A stretch of DNA of 64,000 bases from Escherichia coli (lineage in GTDB: Bacteria > Pseudomonadota > Gammaproteobacteria > Enterobacterales > Enterobacteriaceae), in NCBI RefSeq assembly GCF_045037415.1, contig NZ_CP173438.1. One strand, 5' to 3'. The notes below the pieces were generated by a model. The model ran no database searches, was not told where the DNA came from, and saw only the letters and a list, made by a program, of their open reading frames with translations. How positions within the stretch are numbered: the stretch's first letter is position 1; each line of letters opens with the position of its first letter. Positions 1 through 26,579 of the stretch are shown in pieces. The translations under genes were made by a program, and so were the position numbers.

Positions 1-659
<659 letters not shown>

Positions 660-687
660 TTTACCAACACTACTACGTTTTAACTGA

Positions 688-962
<275 letters not shown>

Positions 963-1006
963 TAAAGAGCAATATCAGAACGTTAACTAAATAGAGGCAT
1001 TGTGCT

Positions 1007-1477
1007 GTGAATCTTAACGCAACAATCCTCGGCCAGGCCATCGCGTTTGTCCTGTTCGTTCTGTTCTGCATGAAGTACGTATGGCCGCCATTAATGGCAG
1101 CCATCGAAAAACGTCAAAAAGAAATTGCTGACGGCCTTGCTTCCGCAGAACGAGCACATAAGGACCTTGACCTTGCAAAGGCCAGCGCGACCGACCAGCT
1201 GAAAAAAGCGAAAGCGGAAGCCCAGGTAATCATCGAGCAGGCTAACAAACGCCGCTCGCAGATTCTGGATGAAGCGAAAGCTGAGGCAGAACAGGAACGT
1301 ACTAAAATCGTGGCCCAGGCGCAGGCGGAAATTGAAGCCGAGCGTAAACGTGCCCGTGAAGAGCTGCGTAAGCAAGTTGCTATCCTGGCTGTTGCTGGCG
1401 CCGAGAAGATCATCGAACGTTCCGTGGATGAAGCTGCTAACAGCGACATCGTGGATAAACTTGTCGCTGAACTGTAA
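1007..1477 (+). CDS. atpF: ATP synthase F0 subunit b (156 aa), GTG start
   Basis: 156-aa ORF with N-terminal TM helix then long charged coiled coil; GTG start as in E. coli atpF. Confidence 0.95.
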
Positions 1478-1491
1478 GGAGGGAGGGGCTG

Positions 1492-2025
1492 ATGTCTGAA
1501 TTTATTACGGTAGCTCGCCCCTACGCCAAAGCAGCTTTTGACTTTGCCGTCGAACACCAAAGTGTAGAACGCTGGCAGGACATGCTGGCGTTTGCCGCCG
1601 AGGTAACCAAAAACGAACAAATGGCAGAGCTTCTCTCTGGCGCGCTTGCGCCAGAAACGCTCGCCGAGTCGTTTATCGCAGTTTGTGGTGAGCAACTGGA
1701 CGAAAACGGTCAGAACCTGATTCGGGTAATGGCCGAAAATGGTCGTCTTAACGCGCTCCCGGATGTTCTGGAGCAGTTTATTCACCTGCGTGCTGTGAGT
1801 GAGGCTACCGCTGAGGTAGACGTCATTTCCGCTGCCGCGTTGAGTGAACAACAGCTCGCGAAAATTTCTGCTGCGATGGAAAAACGTCTGTCACGCAAAG
1901 TTAAGCTGAATTGCAAAATCGATAAGTCTGTAATGGCAGGTGTTATCATCCGAGCGGGTGATATGGTCATTGATGGCAGCGTACGCGGTCGTCTTGAGCG
2001 CCTTGCAGACGTCTTGCAGTCTTAA
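1492..2025 (+). CDS. atpH: ATP synthase F1 delta subunit (177 aa)
   Basis: 177-aa [22 protein letters not shown]…; operon position. Confidence 0.95.
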
Positions 2026-2037
2026 GGGGACTGGAGC

Positions 2038-3579
2038 ATGCAACTGAATTCCACCGAAATCAGCGAACTGATCAAGCAGCGCATTGCTCAGTTCAATGTT
2101 GTGAGTGAAGCTCACAACGAAGGTACTATTGTTTCTGTAAGTGACGGTGTTATCCGCATTCACGGCCTGGCCGATTGTATGCAGGGTGAAATGATCTCCC
2201 TGCCGGGTAACCGTTACGCTATCGCACTGAACCTCGAGCGCGACTCTGTAGGTGCGGTTGTTATGGGGCCGTACGCTGACCTTGCCGAAGGCATGAAAGT
2301 TAAGTGTACTGGCCGTATCCTGGAAGTTCCGGTTGGCCGTGGCCTGCTGGGCCGTGTGGTTAACACTCTGGGTGCACCAATCGATGGTAAAGGTCCGCTG
2401 GATCACGACGGCTTCTCTGCTGTAGAAGCAATCGCTCCGGGCGTTATCGAACGTCAGTCCGTAGATCAGCCGGTACAGACCGGTTATAAAGCCGTTGACT
2501 CCATGATCCCAATCGGTCGTGGTCAGCGTGAATTGATCATCGGTGACCGTCAGACCGGTAAAACCGCACTGGCTATCGATGCCATCATCAACCAGCGCGA
2601 TTCCGGTATCAAATGTATCTATGTCGCTATCGGCCAGAAAGCGTCCACCATTTCTAACGTGGTACGTAAACTGGAAGAGCACGGCGCACTGGCTAACACC
2701 ATCGTTGTGGTAGCAACCGCGTCTGAATCCGCTGCACTGCAATACCTGGCACCGTACGCTGGTTGCGCAATGGGTGAATACTTCCGTGACCGCGGTGAAG
2801 ATGCGCTGATCATTTACGATGACCTGTCTAAACAGGCTGTTGCTTACCGTCAGATCTCCCTGCTGCTCCGTCGTCCGCCAGGACGTGAAGCATTCCCGGG
2901 CGACGTATTCTACCTCCACTCTCGTCTGCTGGAGCGTGCTGCGCGTGTTAACGCCGAATACGTTGAAGCTTTCACCAAAGGTGAAGTGAAAGGGAAAACC
3001 GGTTCTCTGACTGCGCTGCCGATTATCGAAACTCAGGCGGGTGACGTTTCTGCGTTCGTTCCGACCAACGTAATCTCCATTACCGATGGTCAGATCTTCC
3101 TGGAAACCAACCTGTTCAACGCCGGTATTCGTCCTGCGGTTAACCCGGGTATTTCCGTATCCCGTGTTGGTGGTGCAGCACAGACCAAGATCATGAAAAA
3201 ACTGTCCGGTGGTATCCGTACCGCTCTGGCACAGTATCGTGAACTGGCAGCGTTCTCTCAGTTTGCATCCGACCTTGACGATGCAACACGTAAGCAGCTT
3301 GACCACGGTCAGAAAGTGACCGAACTGCTGAAGCAGAAACAGTATGCGCCGATGTCTGTTGCGCAACAGTCTCTGGTTCTGTTCGCAGCAGAACGTGGTT
3401 ACCTGGCGGATGTTGAACTGTCGAAAATCGGCAGCTTCGAAGCCGCTCTGTTGGCTTACGTCGACCGTGATCACGCTCCGTTGATGCAAGAGATCAACCA
3501 GACCGGTGGCTACAACGACGAAATCGAAGGCAAGCTGAAAGGCATCCTCGATTCCTTCAAAGCAACCCAATCCTGGTAA
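2038..3579 (+). CDS. atpA: ATP synthase F1 alpha subunit (513 aa)
   Basis: 513-aa ORF with Walker A GDRQTGKT; operon position. Confidence 0.97.
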
Positions 3580-3629
3580 CGTCTGGCGGCTTGCCTTTGG
3601 GCAGGCCGCAAGGCATTGAGGAGAAGCTC

Positions 3630-5902
<2,273 letters not shown>

Positions 5903-5922
5903 CGCCTTAATCGGAGGGTGAT

Positions 5923-6342
5923 ATGGCAATGACTTACCACCTGGACGTCGTCAGCGCAGAGCAACAAATGTTCTCTGGTCTGGTCGAGAAAATCCAGGTA
6001 ACGGGTAGCGAAGGTGAACTGGGGATCTACCCTGGCCACGCACCGCTGCTCACCGCCATTAAGCCTGGTATGATTCGCATCGTGAAACAGCACGGTCACG
6101 AAGAGTTTATCTATCTGTCTGGCGGCATTCTTGAAGTGCAGCCTGGCAACGTGACCGTTCTGGCCGACACCGCAATTCGCGGCCAGGATCTCGACGAAGC
6201 GCGAGCCATGGAAGCGAAACGTAAGGCTGAAGAGCACATTAGCAGCTCTCACGGCGACGTAGATTACGCTCAGGCGTCTGCGGAACTGGCCAAAGCGATC
6301 GCGCAGCTGCGCGTTATCGAGTTGACCAAAAAAGCGATGTAA
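5923..6342 (+). CDS. atpC: ATP synthase F1 epsilon subunit (139 aa)
   Basis: 139-aa [22 protein letters not shown]…. Confidence 0.95.
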
Positions 6343-6362
6343 CACCGGCTTGAAAAGCACAA

Positions 6363-6394
6363 AAGCCAGTCTGGCAACAGGCTGGCTTTTTTTT
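6363..6394 (+). terminator. Rho-independent terminator of the atp operon
   Basis: Stem agccag…ctggct followed by a T8 run directly after the atpC stop. Confidence 0.7.
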
Positions 6395-6695
6395 ACGCGT
6401 ATTGACCCGTCCTGAAAAGCGTTCACATAGATCCTGATGATATAAAACACCCCTGTTTTCCCGTTTATTCATTGATCGAAATAAGAGCAAAAACATCCAC
6501 CTGACGCTTAAATGAAGGTACTGCCTTAATTTTCTGCAGACAAAAGGCGTGACGATGGTCGAAAATGGCGCTTTCGTCAGCGGGGATAATCCGTTATTGA
6601 ACAATTTATCCTCTGTCCATTTCACGATGAAAAAAATGTAGTTTTTTCAAGGTGAAGCGGTTTAAATTCGTTCTCAAATTACAGTCAGGACGCGT

Positions 6696-8066
6696 ATGTT
6701 GAATAATGCTATGAGCGTAGTGATCCTTGCCGCAGGCAAAGGCACGCGCATGTATTCCGATCTTCCGAAAGTGCTGCATACCCTTGCCGGGAAAGCGATG
6801 GTTCAGCATGTCATTGATGCTGCGAATGAATTAGGCGCAGCGCACGTTCACCTTGTGTATGGTCACGGCGGCGATCTGCTTAAGCAGGCGCTGAAAGACG
6901 ACAACCTGAACTGGGTGCTTCAGGCAGAACAGCTGGGTACGGGTCATGCGATGCAGCAGGCCGCACCTTTCTTTGCCGATGATGAAGACATTTTAATGCT
7001 CTACGGCGACGTGCCGCTGATCTCTGTCGAAACACTCCAGCGTCTGCGTGATGCTAAACCGCAGGGTGGCATTGGTCTGCTGACGGTAAAACTGGATGAT
7101 CCGACCGGTTATGGACGTATCACCCGTGAAAACGGCAAAGTTACCGGCATTGTTGAACACAAAGATGCCACCGACGAGCAGCGTCAGATTCAGGAGATCA
7201 ACACCGGCATTCTGATTGCCAACGGCGCAGATATGAAACGCTGGCTGGCGAAGCTGACCAACAATAATGCTCAGGGCGAATACTACATCACCGACATTAT
7301 TGCGCTGGCGTATCAGGAAGGACGTGAAATCGTCGCCGTTCATCCGCAACGTTTAAGCGAAGTAGAAGGCGTGAATAACCGCCTGCAACTCTCCCGACTG
7401 GAGCGCGTTTACCAGTCCGAACAGGCTGAAAAACTGCTGTTAGCAGGCGTTATGCTGCGCGATCCGGCGCGTTTTGATCTGCGCGGTACGCTTACTCACG
7501 GGCGCGATGTTGAAATTGATACTAACGTTATCATCGAGGGCAACGTGACTCTCGGTCATCGCGTGAAAATCGGCACCGGTTGCGTGATTAAAAACAGCGT
7601 GATTGGCGATGATTGCGAAATCAGTCCATATACCGTCGTGGAAGATGCGAATCTGGCAGCGGCCTGTACTATTGGCCCGTTTGCCCGTCTGCGTCCTGGT
7701 GCTGAGTTGCTGGAAGGTGCACACGTCGGTAACTTCGTTGAGATGAAAAAAGCGCGTCTGGGTAAAGGCTCGAAAGCTGGTCATCTGACTTACCTGGGCG
7801 ATGCGGAAATTGGCGATAACGTTAACATCGGTGCGGGAACCATTACCTGCAACTACGATGGTGCGAATAAATTTAAGACCATTATCGGCGACGATGTGTT
7901 TGTCGGTTCCGACACTCAACTGGTGGCCCCGGTAACAGTAGGCAAAGGCGCGACCATTGCTGCGGGTACAACTGTGACGCGTAATGTCGGCGAAAATGCC
8001 CTGGCTATCAGCCGTGTGCCGCAGACTCAAAAAGAAGGCTGGCGTCGTCCGATAAAGAAAAAGTAA
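6696..8066 (+). CDS. glmU: Bifunctional GlcNAc-1-P uridyltransferase / GlcN-1-P acetyltransferase (456 aa)
   Basis: 456-aa ORF, N-terminal LAAGKGTRM nucleotidyltransferase motif and C-terminal hexapeptide-repeat region. Confidence 0.95.
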   Translation: MLNNAMSVVILAAGKGTRMYSDLPKVLHTLAGKAMVQHVIDAANELGAAHVHLVYGHGGDLLKQALKDDNLNWVLQAEQLGTGHAMQQAAPFFADDEDILMLYGDVPLISVETLQRLRDAKPQGGIGLLTVKLDDPTGYGRITRENGKVTGIVEHKDATDEQRQIQEINTGILIANGADMKRWLAKLTNNNAQGEYYITDIIALAYQEGREIVAVHPQRLSEVEGVNNRLQLSRLERVYQSEQAEKLLLAGVMLRDPARFDLRGTLTHGRDVEIDTNVIIEGNVTLGHRVKIGTGCVIKNSVIGDDCEISPYTVVEDANLAAACTIGPFARLRPGAELLEGAHVGNFVEMKKARLGKGSKAGHLTYLGDAEIGDNVNIGAGTITCNYDGANKFKTIIGDDVFVGSDTQLVAPVTVGKGATIAAGTTVTRNVGENALAISRVPQTQKEGWRRPIKKK

Positions 8067-8227
8067 TTCTGGTCGGGTAATCCGGTCATATGGGATGAGG
8101 AGATAACATAATCTCCCGCCCACAAGCAGTAACTATAAAAATAACCCCACTCTCTACAAGGCTCGGGGCGCCCGAAAAAACGGGCATACAGGTTGACCGA
8201 CAACGATATAAATCGGAATCAAAAACT

Positions 8228-10057
8228 ATGTGTGGAATTGTTGGCGCGATCGCGCAACGTGATGTAGCAGAAATCCTTCTTGAAGGTTTACGTCGTCTGG
8301 AATATCGCGGATATGACTCTGCCGGCCTGGCCGTGGTGGATGCTGAAGGTCATATGACCCGCCTGCGTCGCCTCGGTAAAGTACAGATGCTGGCTCAGGC
8401 AGCGGAAGAACATCCTCTGCATGGCGGCACCGGTATTGCTCACACTCGCTGGGCGACCCACGGTGAACCTTCAGAAGCTAACGCGCATCCGCATGTTTCT
8501 GAACACATTGTGGTGGTGCATAACGGCATCATCGAAAACCATGAACCGCTGCGTGAAGAGTTAAAAGCGCGTGGCTATACCTTCGTTTCTGAAACCGACA
8601 CCGAAGTGATTGCACATTTGGTGAACTGGGAGCTGAAACAAGGCGGTACTCTGCGTGAGGCAGTTCTGCGTGCTATCCCGCAACTGCGTGGTGCGTACGG
8701 TACAGTGATCATGGACTCCCGTCATCCGGATACCCTGCTGGCGGCACGTTCTGGTAGTCCGCTGGTGATTGGCCTGGGTATGGGCGAAAACTTTATCGCT
8801 TCTGACCAGCTGGCGCTGTTGCCAGTGACTCGTCGTTTTATCTTCCTTGAAGAGGGCGATATTGCGGAAATCACTCGCCGTTCGGTAAACATCTTCGATA
8901 AAACTGGCGCGGAAGTAAAACGTCAGGATATCGAATCCAATCTGCAATATGACGCGGGCGATAAAGGTATTTACCGCCACTACATGCAGAAAGAGATCTA
9001 CGAACAGCCGAACGCGATCAAAAACACCCTTACCGGGCGCATCAGCCACGGTCAGGTTGATTTAAGCGAGCTGGGACCGAACGCCGATGAACTGCTGTCG
9101 AAGGTTGAGCATATTCAGATCCTCGCCTGTGGTACTTCTTATAACTCCGGTATGGTTTCCCGCTACTGGTTTGAATCGCTGGCAGGTATTCCGTGCGACG
9201 TCGAAATCGCCTCTGAATTCCGCTATCGCAAATCTGCCGTGCGTCGTAACAGCCTGATGATCACCTTGTCACAGTCTGGCGAAACCGCGGATACCCTGGC
9301 GGGCCTGCGTCTTTCGAAAGAGCTGGGTTACCTTGGTTCGCTGGCAATCTGTAACGTTCCGGGTTCTTCTCTGGTGCGCGAATCCGATCTGGCGCTGATG
9401 ACCAACGCCGGTACGGAAATTGGCGTGGCCTCCACCAAAGCATTCACCACCCAGTTAACTGTGCTGTTGATGCTGGTGGCGAAACTGTCTCGCCTGAAAG
9501 GTCTGGATGCCTCCATTGAACATGACATCGTGCATGGTCTGCAGGCGCTGCCGAGCCGTATTGAGCAGATGCTGTCTCAGGACAAACGCATTGAAGCGCT
9601 GGCAGAAGATTTCTCTGACAAACATCACGCGCTGTTCCTGGGCCGTGGCGATCAGTACCCAATCGCGCTGGAAGGTGCATTGAAGCTGAAAGAGATCTCT
9701 TACATTCACGCTGAAGCCTACGCTGCAGGCGAACTGAAACACGGTCCGCTGGCGCTGATTGATGCCGATATGCCGGTTATCGTCGTTGCACCGAACAACG
9801 AATTGCTGGAAAAACTGAAATCCAACATTGAAGAAGTTCGCGCGCGTGGCGGTCAGTTGTATGTCTTCGCCGATCAGGATGCGGGTTTTGTGAGCAGTGA
9901 CAACATGCACATCATTGAGATGCCGCATGTGGAAGAGGTGATTGCACCGATCTTCTACACCGTTCCGCTGCAACTACTGGCTTACCACGTTGCGCTGATC
10001 AAAGGCACCGACGTTGACCAGCCGCGTAACCTGGCGAAATCGGTTACGGTTGAGTAA
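8228..10057 (+). CDS. glmS: Glutamine--fructose-6-phosphate aminotransferase (609 aa)
   Basis: 609-aa ORF beginning MCGIVGA (N-terminal Cys nucleophile), SIS domains, C-terminal …AKSVTVE. Confidence 0.97.
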   Translation: MCGIVGAIAQRDVAEILLEGLRRLEYRGYDSAGLAVVDAEGHMTRLRRLGKVQMLAQAAEEHPLHGGTGIAHTRWATHGEPSEANAHPHVSEHIVVVHNGIIENHEPLREELKARGYTFVSETDTEVIAHLVNWELKQGGTLREAVLRAIPQLRGAYGTVIMDSRHPDTLLAARSGSPLVIGLGMGENFIASDQLALLPVTRRFIFLEEGDIAEITRRSVNIFDKTGAEVKRQDIESNLQYDAGDKGIYRHYMQKEIYEQPNAIKNTLTGRISHGQVDLSELGPNADELLSKVEHIQILACGTSYNSGMVSRYWFESLAGIPCDVEIASEFRYRKSAVRRNSLMITLSQSGETADTLAGLRLSKELGYLGSLAICNVPGSSLVRESDLALMTNAGTEIGVASTKAFTTQLTVLLMLVAKLSRLKGLDASIEHDIVHGLQALPSRIEQMLSQDKRIEALAEDFSDKHHALFLGRGDQYPIALEGALKLKEISYIHAEAYAAGELKHGPLALIDADMPVIVVAPNNELLEKLKSNIEEVRARGGQLYVFADQDAGFVSSDNMHIIEMPHVEEVIAPIFYTVPLQLLAYHVALIKGTDVDQPRNLAKSVTVE

Positions 10058-10092
10058 TAAATGGATGCCCTGCGTAAGCAGGGCATTTTTCT
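10020..10092 (+). other. attTn7 target region (glmS 3' end and downstream terminator), unoccupied
   Basis: Established location of the Tn7 attachment site at the glmS 3' end; the ~313-bp glmS-pstS spacer here has no inserted DNA. Confidence 0.6.
10064..10092 (+). terminator. glmS Rho-independent terminator
   Basis: Hairpin atgccctgc-gtaa-gcagggcat followed by ttttt. Confidence 0.7.
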
Positions 10093-10264
10093 TCCTGTTA
10101 TGTTTTTAATCAAATATCCTGCCAACTCCATGTGACAAACCGTCATCTTCGGCTACTTTTTCTCTGACACAGAATGAAAATTTTTCTGTCATCTCTTCGT
10201 TATTAATATTTGTAATTAACTGAATATCAACGCTTATTTAAATCAGACTAAAGACTTTCTCTCT

Positions 10265-10304
10265 CTGTCATAAAACTGTCATAAACCTTACATATAACTG
10301 TCAC
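10265..10304 (+). promoter_or_regulatory. PhoB-binding Pho boxes of the pstS promoter
   Basis: Tandem ctgtcataaaactgtcat and cttacatataactgtcac ~70-105 bp upstream of the pstS ATG. Confidence 0.8.
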
Positions 10305-10352
10305 CTGTTTGTCCTATTTTGCTTCTCGTAGCCAACAAACAATGCTTTATGA

Positions 10353-11411
<1,059 letters not shown>

Positions 11412-11420
11412 TAAAACTCA

Positions 11421-11452
11421 GGCCGGGTACGGTGTTTTACGCCGCATCCGGC
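11421..11452. repeat. REP (repetitive extragenic palindromic) element
   Basis: ggccgggtacggtgttttacgccgcatccggc in the pstS-pstC spacer, reverse complement of the canonical REP core. Confidence 0.6.
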
Positions 11453-11493
11453 ATTACAAAATGACTTTGTAAACGCGTTTAACTGAAGAGTAA

Positions 11494-13346
<1,853 letters not shown>

Positions 13347-13353
13347 CACTTTG

Positions 13354-13386
13354 CTGGATGCGGCGTAAACGCCTTATCCGGCCTAC
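13354..13386. repeat. REP element
   Basis: ctggatgcggcgtaaacgccttatccggcctac in the pstA-pstB spacer. Confidence 0.65.
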
Positions 13387-13397
13387 GGTAAGCCTGA

Positions 13398-14210
<813 letters not shown>

Positions 14211-14224
14211 TTCAGGAGTGCGTT

Positions 14225-14950
14225 ATGGACAGTCTCAATCTTAATAAACATATTTCCGGCCAGTTCAACGCCGAACTGGAAAGCATCCGCACGCAGGTGA
14301 TGACCATGGGCGGCATGGTGGAGCAGCAGCTTTCTGATGCAATCACCGCGATGCATAACCAGGACAGCGATCTGGCGAAGCGCGTCATCGAAGGCGACAA
14401 GAACGTCAACATGATGGAAGTGGCGATCGATGAAGCCTGCGTGCGCATTATCGCCAAACGTCAGCCGACGGCGAGCGACCTGCGTCTGGTGATGGTAATC
14501 AGTAAAACCATTGCCGAGCTGGAGCGTATTGGTGACGTGGCGGATAAAATCTGCCGTACTGCGCTGGAGAAATTCTCCCAGCAGCATCAGCCGTTGCTGG
14601 TAAGTCTGGAGTCGCTGGGCCGTCATACCATCCAGATGCTGCACGACGTGCTGGACGCGTTCGCGCGGATGGACATTGACGAAGCGGTACGTATTTATCG
14701 TGAAGATAAAAAAGTCGATCAGGAGTACGAAGGTATTGTTCGTCAACTGATGACCTACATGATGGAAGATTCGCGTACCATTCCGAGCGTACTTACCGCG
14801 TTATTCTGTGCGCGTTCTATCGAACGTATTGGCGACCGCTGCCAGAATATTTGTGAGTTTATCTTCTACTACGTGAAGGGGCAGGATTTCCGTCACGTCG
14901 GTGGTGACGAGCTCGATAAACTGCTGGCAGAAAAAGATAGCGATAAATAA
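14225..14950 (+). CDS. phoU: Phosphate signalling regulator PhoU (241 aa)
   Basis: ORF 14207..14950; chose ATG at 14225 ([14 protein letters not shown]…) giving 241 aa. Confidence 0.93.
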
Positions 14951-14961
14951 TTCACCAAGTA

Positions 14962-14989
14962 AATCCCAATAATTTAATTATTGGGATTT
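14962..14989 (+). terminator. Putative terminator after phoU
   Basis: Inverted repeat aatcccaataa…ttattgggatt followed by a T-rich stretch. Confidence 0.5.
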
Positions 14990-15145
14990 GTTATATATAA
15001 CTTTATAAAATCCTAAAATTACACAAAATTAATAACTGCGAGCATGGTCATACTTTTATAAATAGAGCATTGCTATTTTTTCTGCACGCAACTAAATTAA
15101 TTTTCGAACCTGGATGTTCGTTATAAAAACCATTAATTAATGACT

Positions 15146-16086
<941 letters not shown>

Positions 16087-16087
16087 A

Positions 16088-19492
<3,405 letters not shown>

Positions 19493-19510
19493 CCAATAAA
19501 GCACCTTAAA

Positions 19511-23127
<3,617 letters not shown>

Positions 23128-23137
23128 GCTTAAAAAT

Positions 23138-23168
23138 AAGGCCGGATGTGTGAATTACGCGCCGGCCT
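23138..23168. terminator. Bidirectional hairpin between convergent yieK and cbrC
   Basis: aggccgg…ccggcct inverted repeat. Confidence 0.45.
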
Positions 23169-23187
23169 GTTCTCATCATATAAATAA

Positions 23188-23823
<636 letters not shown>

Positions 23824-24291
23824 TTAACTTAAAGAGTCTGTTTCAGGACATGAAATATCCAGTCCGGGTAGACGTGTAATGATTCTGCTCATCACCACAC
23901 CTGCCAGCAATGCAGGAATGATGCGGACAACGAGACTGTCACCAGAAAGAATGTTTTCAAACAACACTGAGGAAGCCATGACCTTAATATGTATGATAAC
24001 AGCGCAATAGATCTCGGTGATAACAACTCCACCTATGCCACCAGCCAGACAACGATAACGTTTCTGTGACCCGATCTTTTCCGGCAGACAGGCAACCATT
24101 ACACCGGTTAACAACGCAGGAATAGCTCCCGTAGTTATCGACAATAAGAGAAAAATTGGATGTATTATCACCCAAAGAACCAGCGGTTCTTTTGCGAAGA
24201 ATATGTAGAGGACAAGAAACAGAACACCAATTAACGGCCCTAAAACCGCAAAATACAGTCCGTGATGAATTACCCGACGTGAAACAGACAT
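23824..24291 (-). CDS. cbrB: Inner membrane protein CbrB (155 aa)
   Basis: 155-aa hydrophobic ORF. Confidence 0.8.
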   Translation of the reverse strand: MSVSRRVIHHGLYFAVLGPLIGVLFLVLYIFFAKEPLVLWVIIHPIFLLLSITTGAIPALLTGVMVACLPEKIGSQKRYRCLAGGIGGVVITEIYCAVIIHIKVMASSVLFENILSGDSLVVRIIPALLAGVVMSRIITRLPGLDISCPETDSLS

Positions 24292-24357
24292 ATCAAACTC
24301 CCTTTACTTACCTTTGCGTGCCAATTTAAGTGGAGTAAGTGAAGGGAGTGTGAATAA

Positions 24358-25023
24358 CTATGCCGTAATATCCCAACCACGCGCCTTCCACAGTTCCGGT
24401 AATTGCGAAAGATGGGTAAAGGTGGTGACTTTCGGGTGAACGATCGGTTTATTGTGCGGGTCAGCGCAGAAGTAAAACACTTCCATTCCGGCATCTATCC
24501 CTGATTGCGCACCGGCACTGGAGTCATCGACCAGAATGCAGTTTTCAACGTTCACATTCATCGCTTTTGCCGCATGGAACATTAATGCCGGATCGGGCTT
24601 CCAACGCTGGATATCATAGCCGCTGAACAGTTTTTCCGGGAAGTAGTGCAGCATGTTGAGCTTACCAAGCGAATGCTGCATCTTGCTGACCGGGCCGTTA
24701 GAGACGACGCACATCGGCACTTTCACACTAGCCAGCAATTCGTTCGCTCCTGCAATCACCTCAAGCTCGCTATCAAACAGGCGCGCCACTTCCGCACGGT
24801 AAACGTGCTCGGCATCGGCCTGGATCATCGTCACGCCCTGTTCTTTACTGATGATGTTGATGATTTCGTAGAGTTTTACGCCTTTAAAACGGGTAAAAAT
24901 CTCTTCCAGGTCAACGTGAATGCCAAATTCCCTGAACATCGTGACATAGGCGCGAGAGCAAATGACCTCGCTATCGACCAGCGTACCGTCGCAGTCGAAA
25001 AATACCGCTTCTATCTGGGACAT
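24358..25023 (-). CDS. yieH: HAD-superfamily phosphatase (221 aa)
   Basis: 221-aa ORF with HAD motif I FFDCDGTLVDSE. Confidence 0.85.
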   Translation of the reverse strand: MSQIEAVFFDCDGTLVDSEVICSRAYVTMFREFGIHVDLEEIFTRFKGVKLYEIINIISKEQGVTMIQADAEHVYRAEVARLFDSELEVIAGANELLASVKVPMCVVSNGPVSKMQHSLGKLNMLHYFPEKLFSGYDIQRWKPDPALMFHAAKAMNVNVENCILVDDSSAGAQSGIDAGMEVFYFCADPHNKPIVHPKVTTFTHLSQLPELWKARGWDITA

Positions 25024-25189
25024 GTCTTTCCTTTATCGTTAGTTTAACGTTTTCGTCATGCCAATTCGCATGACGCAATCGTTGCCGTATAAGCAAATAC
25101 AATGAAAAAAAGTTATCTTCAGCCGTCCATATTGTCTCATTTTGGTATACGATAGCGACGGATTTTCCCTCCTTGTTCGGAAATAGATA

Positions 25190-26527
25190 ATGAGTCAACA
25201 ACACACAACCCAGGCTTCTGGCCAGGGGATGCTGGAACGCGTGTTTAAACTGCGCGAACATGGCACGACGGCACGGACCGAAGTGATCGCCGGTTTTACC
25301 ACCTTCCTGACGATGGTTTACATCGTTTTTGTTAACCCGCAAATTCTTGGCGTTGCTGGCATGGATACCAGCGCCGTCTTCGTCACGACCTGTCTGATTG
25401 CTGCATTCGGCAGTATTATGATGGGGCTGTTTGCTAACCTGCCAGTTGCACTGGCACCGGCAATGGGCCTGAATGCGTTCTTCGCTTTTGTCGTTGTACA
25501 GGCGATGGGCTTGCCGTGGCAAGTCGGGATGGGCGCAATCTTCTGGGGCGCGATTGGTCTGCTGTTACTGACGATTTTCCGCGTTCGCTACTGGATGATA
25601 GCCAACATCCCGGTAAGTCTACGTGTGGGCATCACCAGTGGTATCGGTCTGTTTATTGGCATGATGGGGCTGAAAAACGCAGGTGTGATTGTCGCTAACC
25701 CGGAAACGCTGGTGAGCATCGGTAATCTGACTTCTCACAGCGTGCTGCTGGGGATCCTCGGCTTCTTCATCATCGCCATTCTGGCCTCGCGCAATATTCA
25801 CGCGGCGGTGCTGGTTTCCATCGTGGTGACAACGCTGCTGGGCTGGATGCTGGGTGATGTCCACTATAATGGCATCGTTTCTGCGCCGCCGAGCGTAATG
25901 AGTGTCGTGGGTCATGTAGATTTAGCCGGGTCGTTTAACCTTGGGCTGGCAGGGGTGATTTTCTCTTTCATGCTGGTCAACTTGTTTGACTCCTCCGGTA
26001 CGCTGATTGGCGTGACCGATAAAGCAGGTCTGGCTGATGAGAAAGGTAAATTCCCGCGCATGAAGCAGGCGCTGTATGTCGACAGTATCTCTTCGGTGAC
26101 CGGTTCGTTTATCGGTACTTCTTCTGTTACGGCGTATATTGAATCTTCTTCCGGCGTTTCCGTTGGCGGTCGTACCGGTCTGACGGCAGTGGTTGTTGGT
26201 CTGCTGTTCCTGCTGGTTATCTTCCTGTCGCCGCTGGCGGGGATGGTGCCAGGCTACGCTGCAGCTGGTGCGCTGATTTACGTTGGCGTGTTGATGACCT
26301 CAAGTCTTGCTCGCGTGAACTGGCAGGATCTTACTGAATCTGTTCCGGCGTTTATTACCGCTGTGATGATGCCGTTCAGCTTCTCGATTACTGAAGGTAT
26401 CGCGCTGGGCTTTATCTCCTACTGCGTGATGAAGATTGGTACCGGACGTCTGCGTGACCTTAGCCCGTGCGTAATCATCGTTGCGCTGCTGTTTATCCTG
26501 AAGATTGTCTTTATCGACGCTCACTAA
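25190..26527 (+). CDS. adeP: Adenine permease, NCS2/AzgA family (445 aa)
   Basis: 445-aa polytopic membrane ORF. Confidence 0.85.
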   Translation: MSQQHTTQASGQGMLERVFKLREHGTTARTEVIAGFTTFLTMVYIVFVNPQILGVAGMDTSAVFVTTCLIAAFGSIMMGLFANLPVALAPAMGLNAFFAFVVVQAMGLPWQVGMGAIFWGAIGLLLLTIFRVRYWMIANIPVSLRVGITSGIGLFIGMMGLKNAGVIVANPETLVSIGNLTSHSVLLGILGFFIIAILASRNIHAAVLVSIVVTTLLGWMLGDVHYNGIVSAPPSVMSVVGHVDLAGSFNLGLAGVIFSFMLVNLFDSSGTLIGVTDKAGLADEKGKFPRMKQALYVDSISSVTGSFIGTSSVTAYIESSSGVSVGGRTGLTAVVVGLLFLLVIFLSPLAGMVPGYAAAGALIYVGVLMTSSLARVNWQDLTESVPAFITAVMMPFSFSITEGIALGFISYCVMKIGTGRLRDLSPCVIIVALLFILKIVFIDAH

Positions 26528-26542
26528 AATCGATAGCGCGTT

Positions 26543-26577
26543 AAAAACCCGCCATGCATGATTGCTGGCGGGTTTTT
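26543..26577. terminator. Bidirectional terminator between adeP and chrR
   Basis: aaaaacccgcc…ggcgggttttt. Confidence 0.65.
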
Positions 26578-26579
26578 AT

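Noticed and set aside
1114-1851. 245-aa minus-strand ORF antisense to atpF/atpH
   Set aside because: Low-complexity Arg/Ser/Ala-rich translation with no start context; antisense artefact.
1891-3570. 559-aa minus-strand ORF spanning the whole of atpA and part of atpH
   Set aside because: Entirely antisense to highly conserved ATP synthase genes, with no recognisable domain or RBS; long antisense frames are common opposite GC-balanced, codon-biased genes.
3591-3629. Upstream ATG starts from the ORF track for atpG, and likewise for phoU, bglG, bglF, dgoT, yieL and others
   Set aside because: Internal starts give the expected protein N-termini and have better Shine-Dalgarno spacing; the upstream extensions add non-conserved residues.
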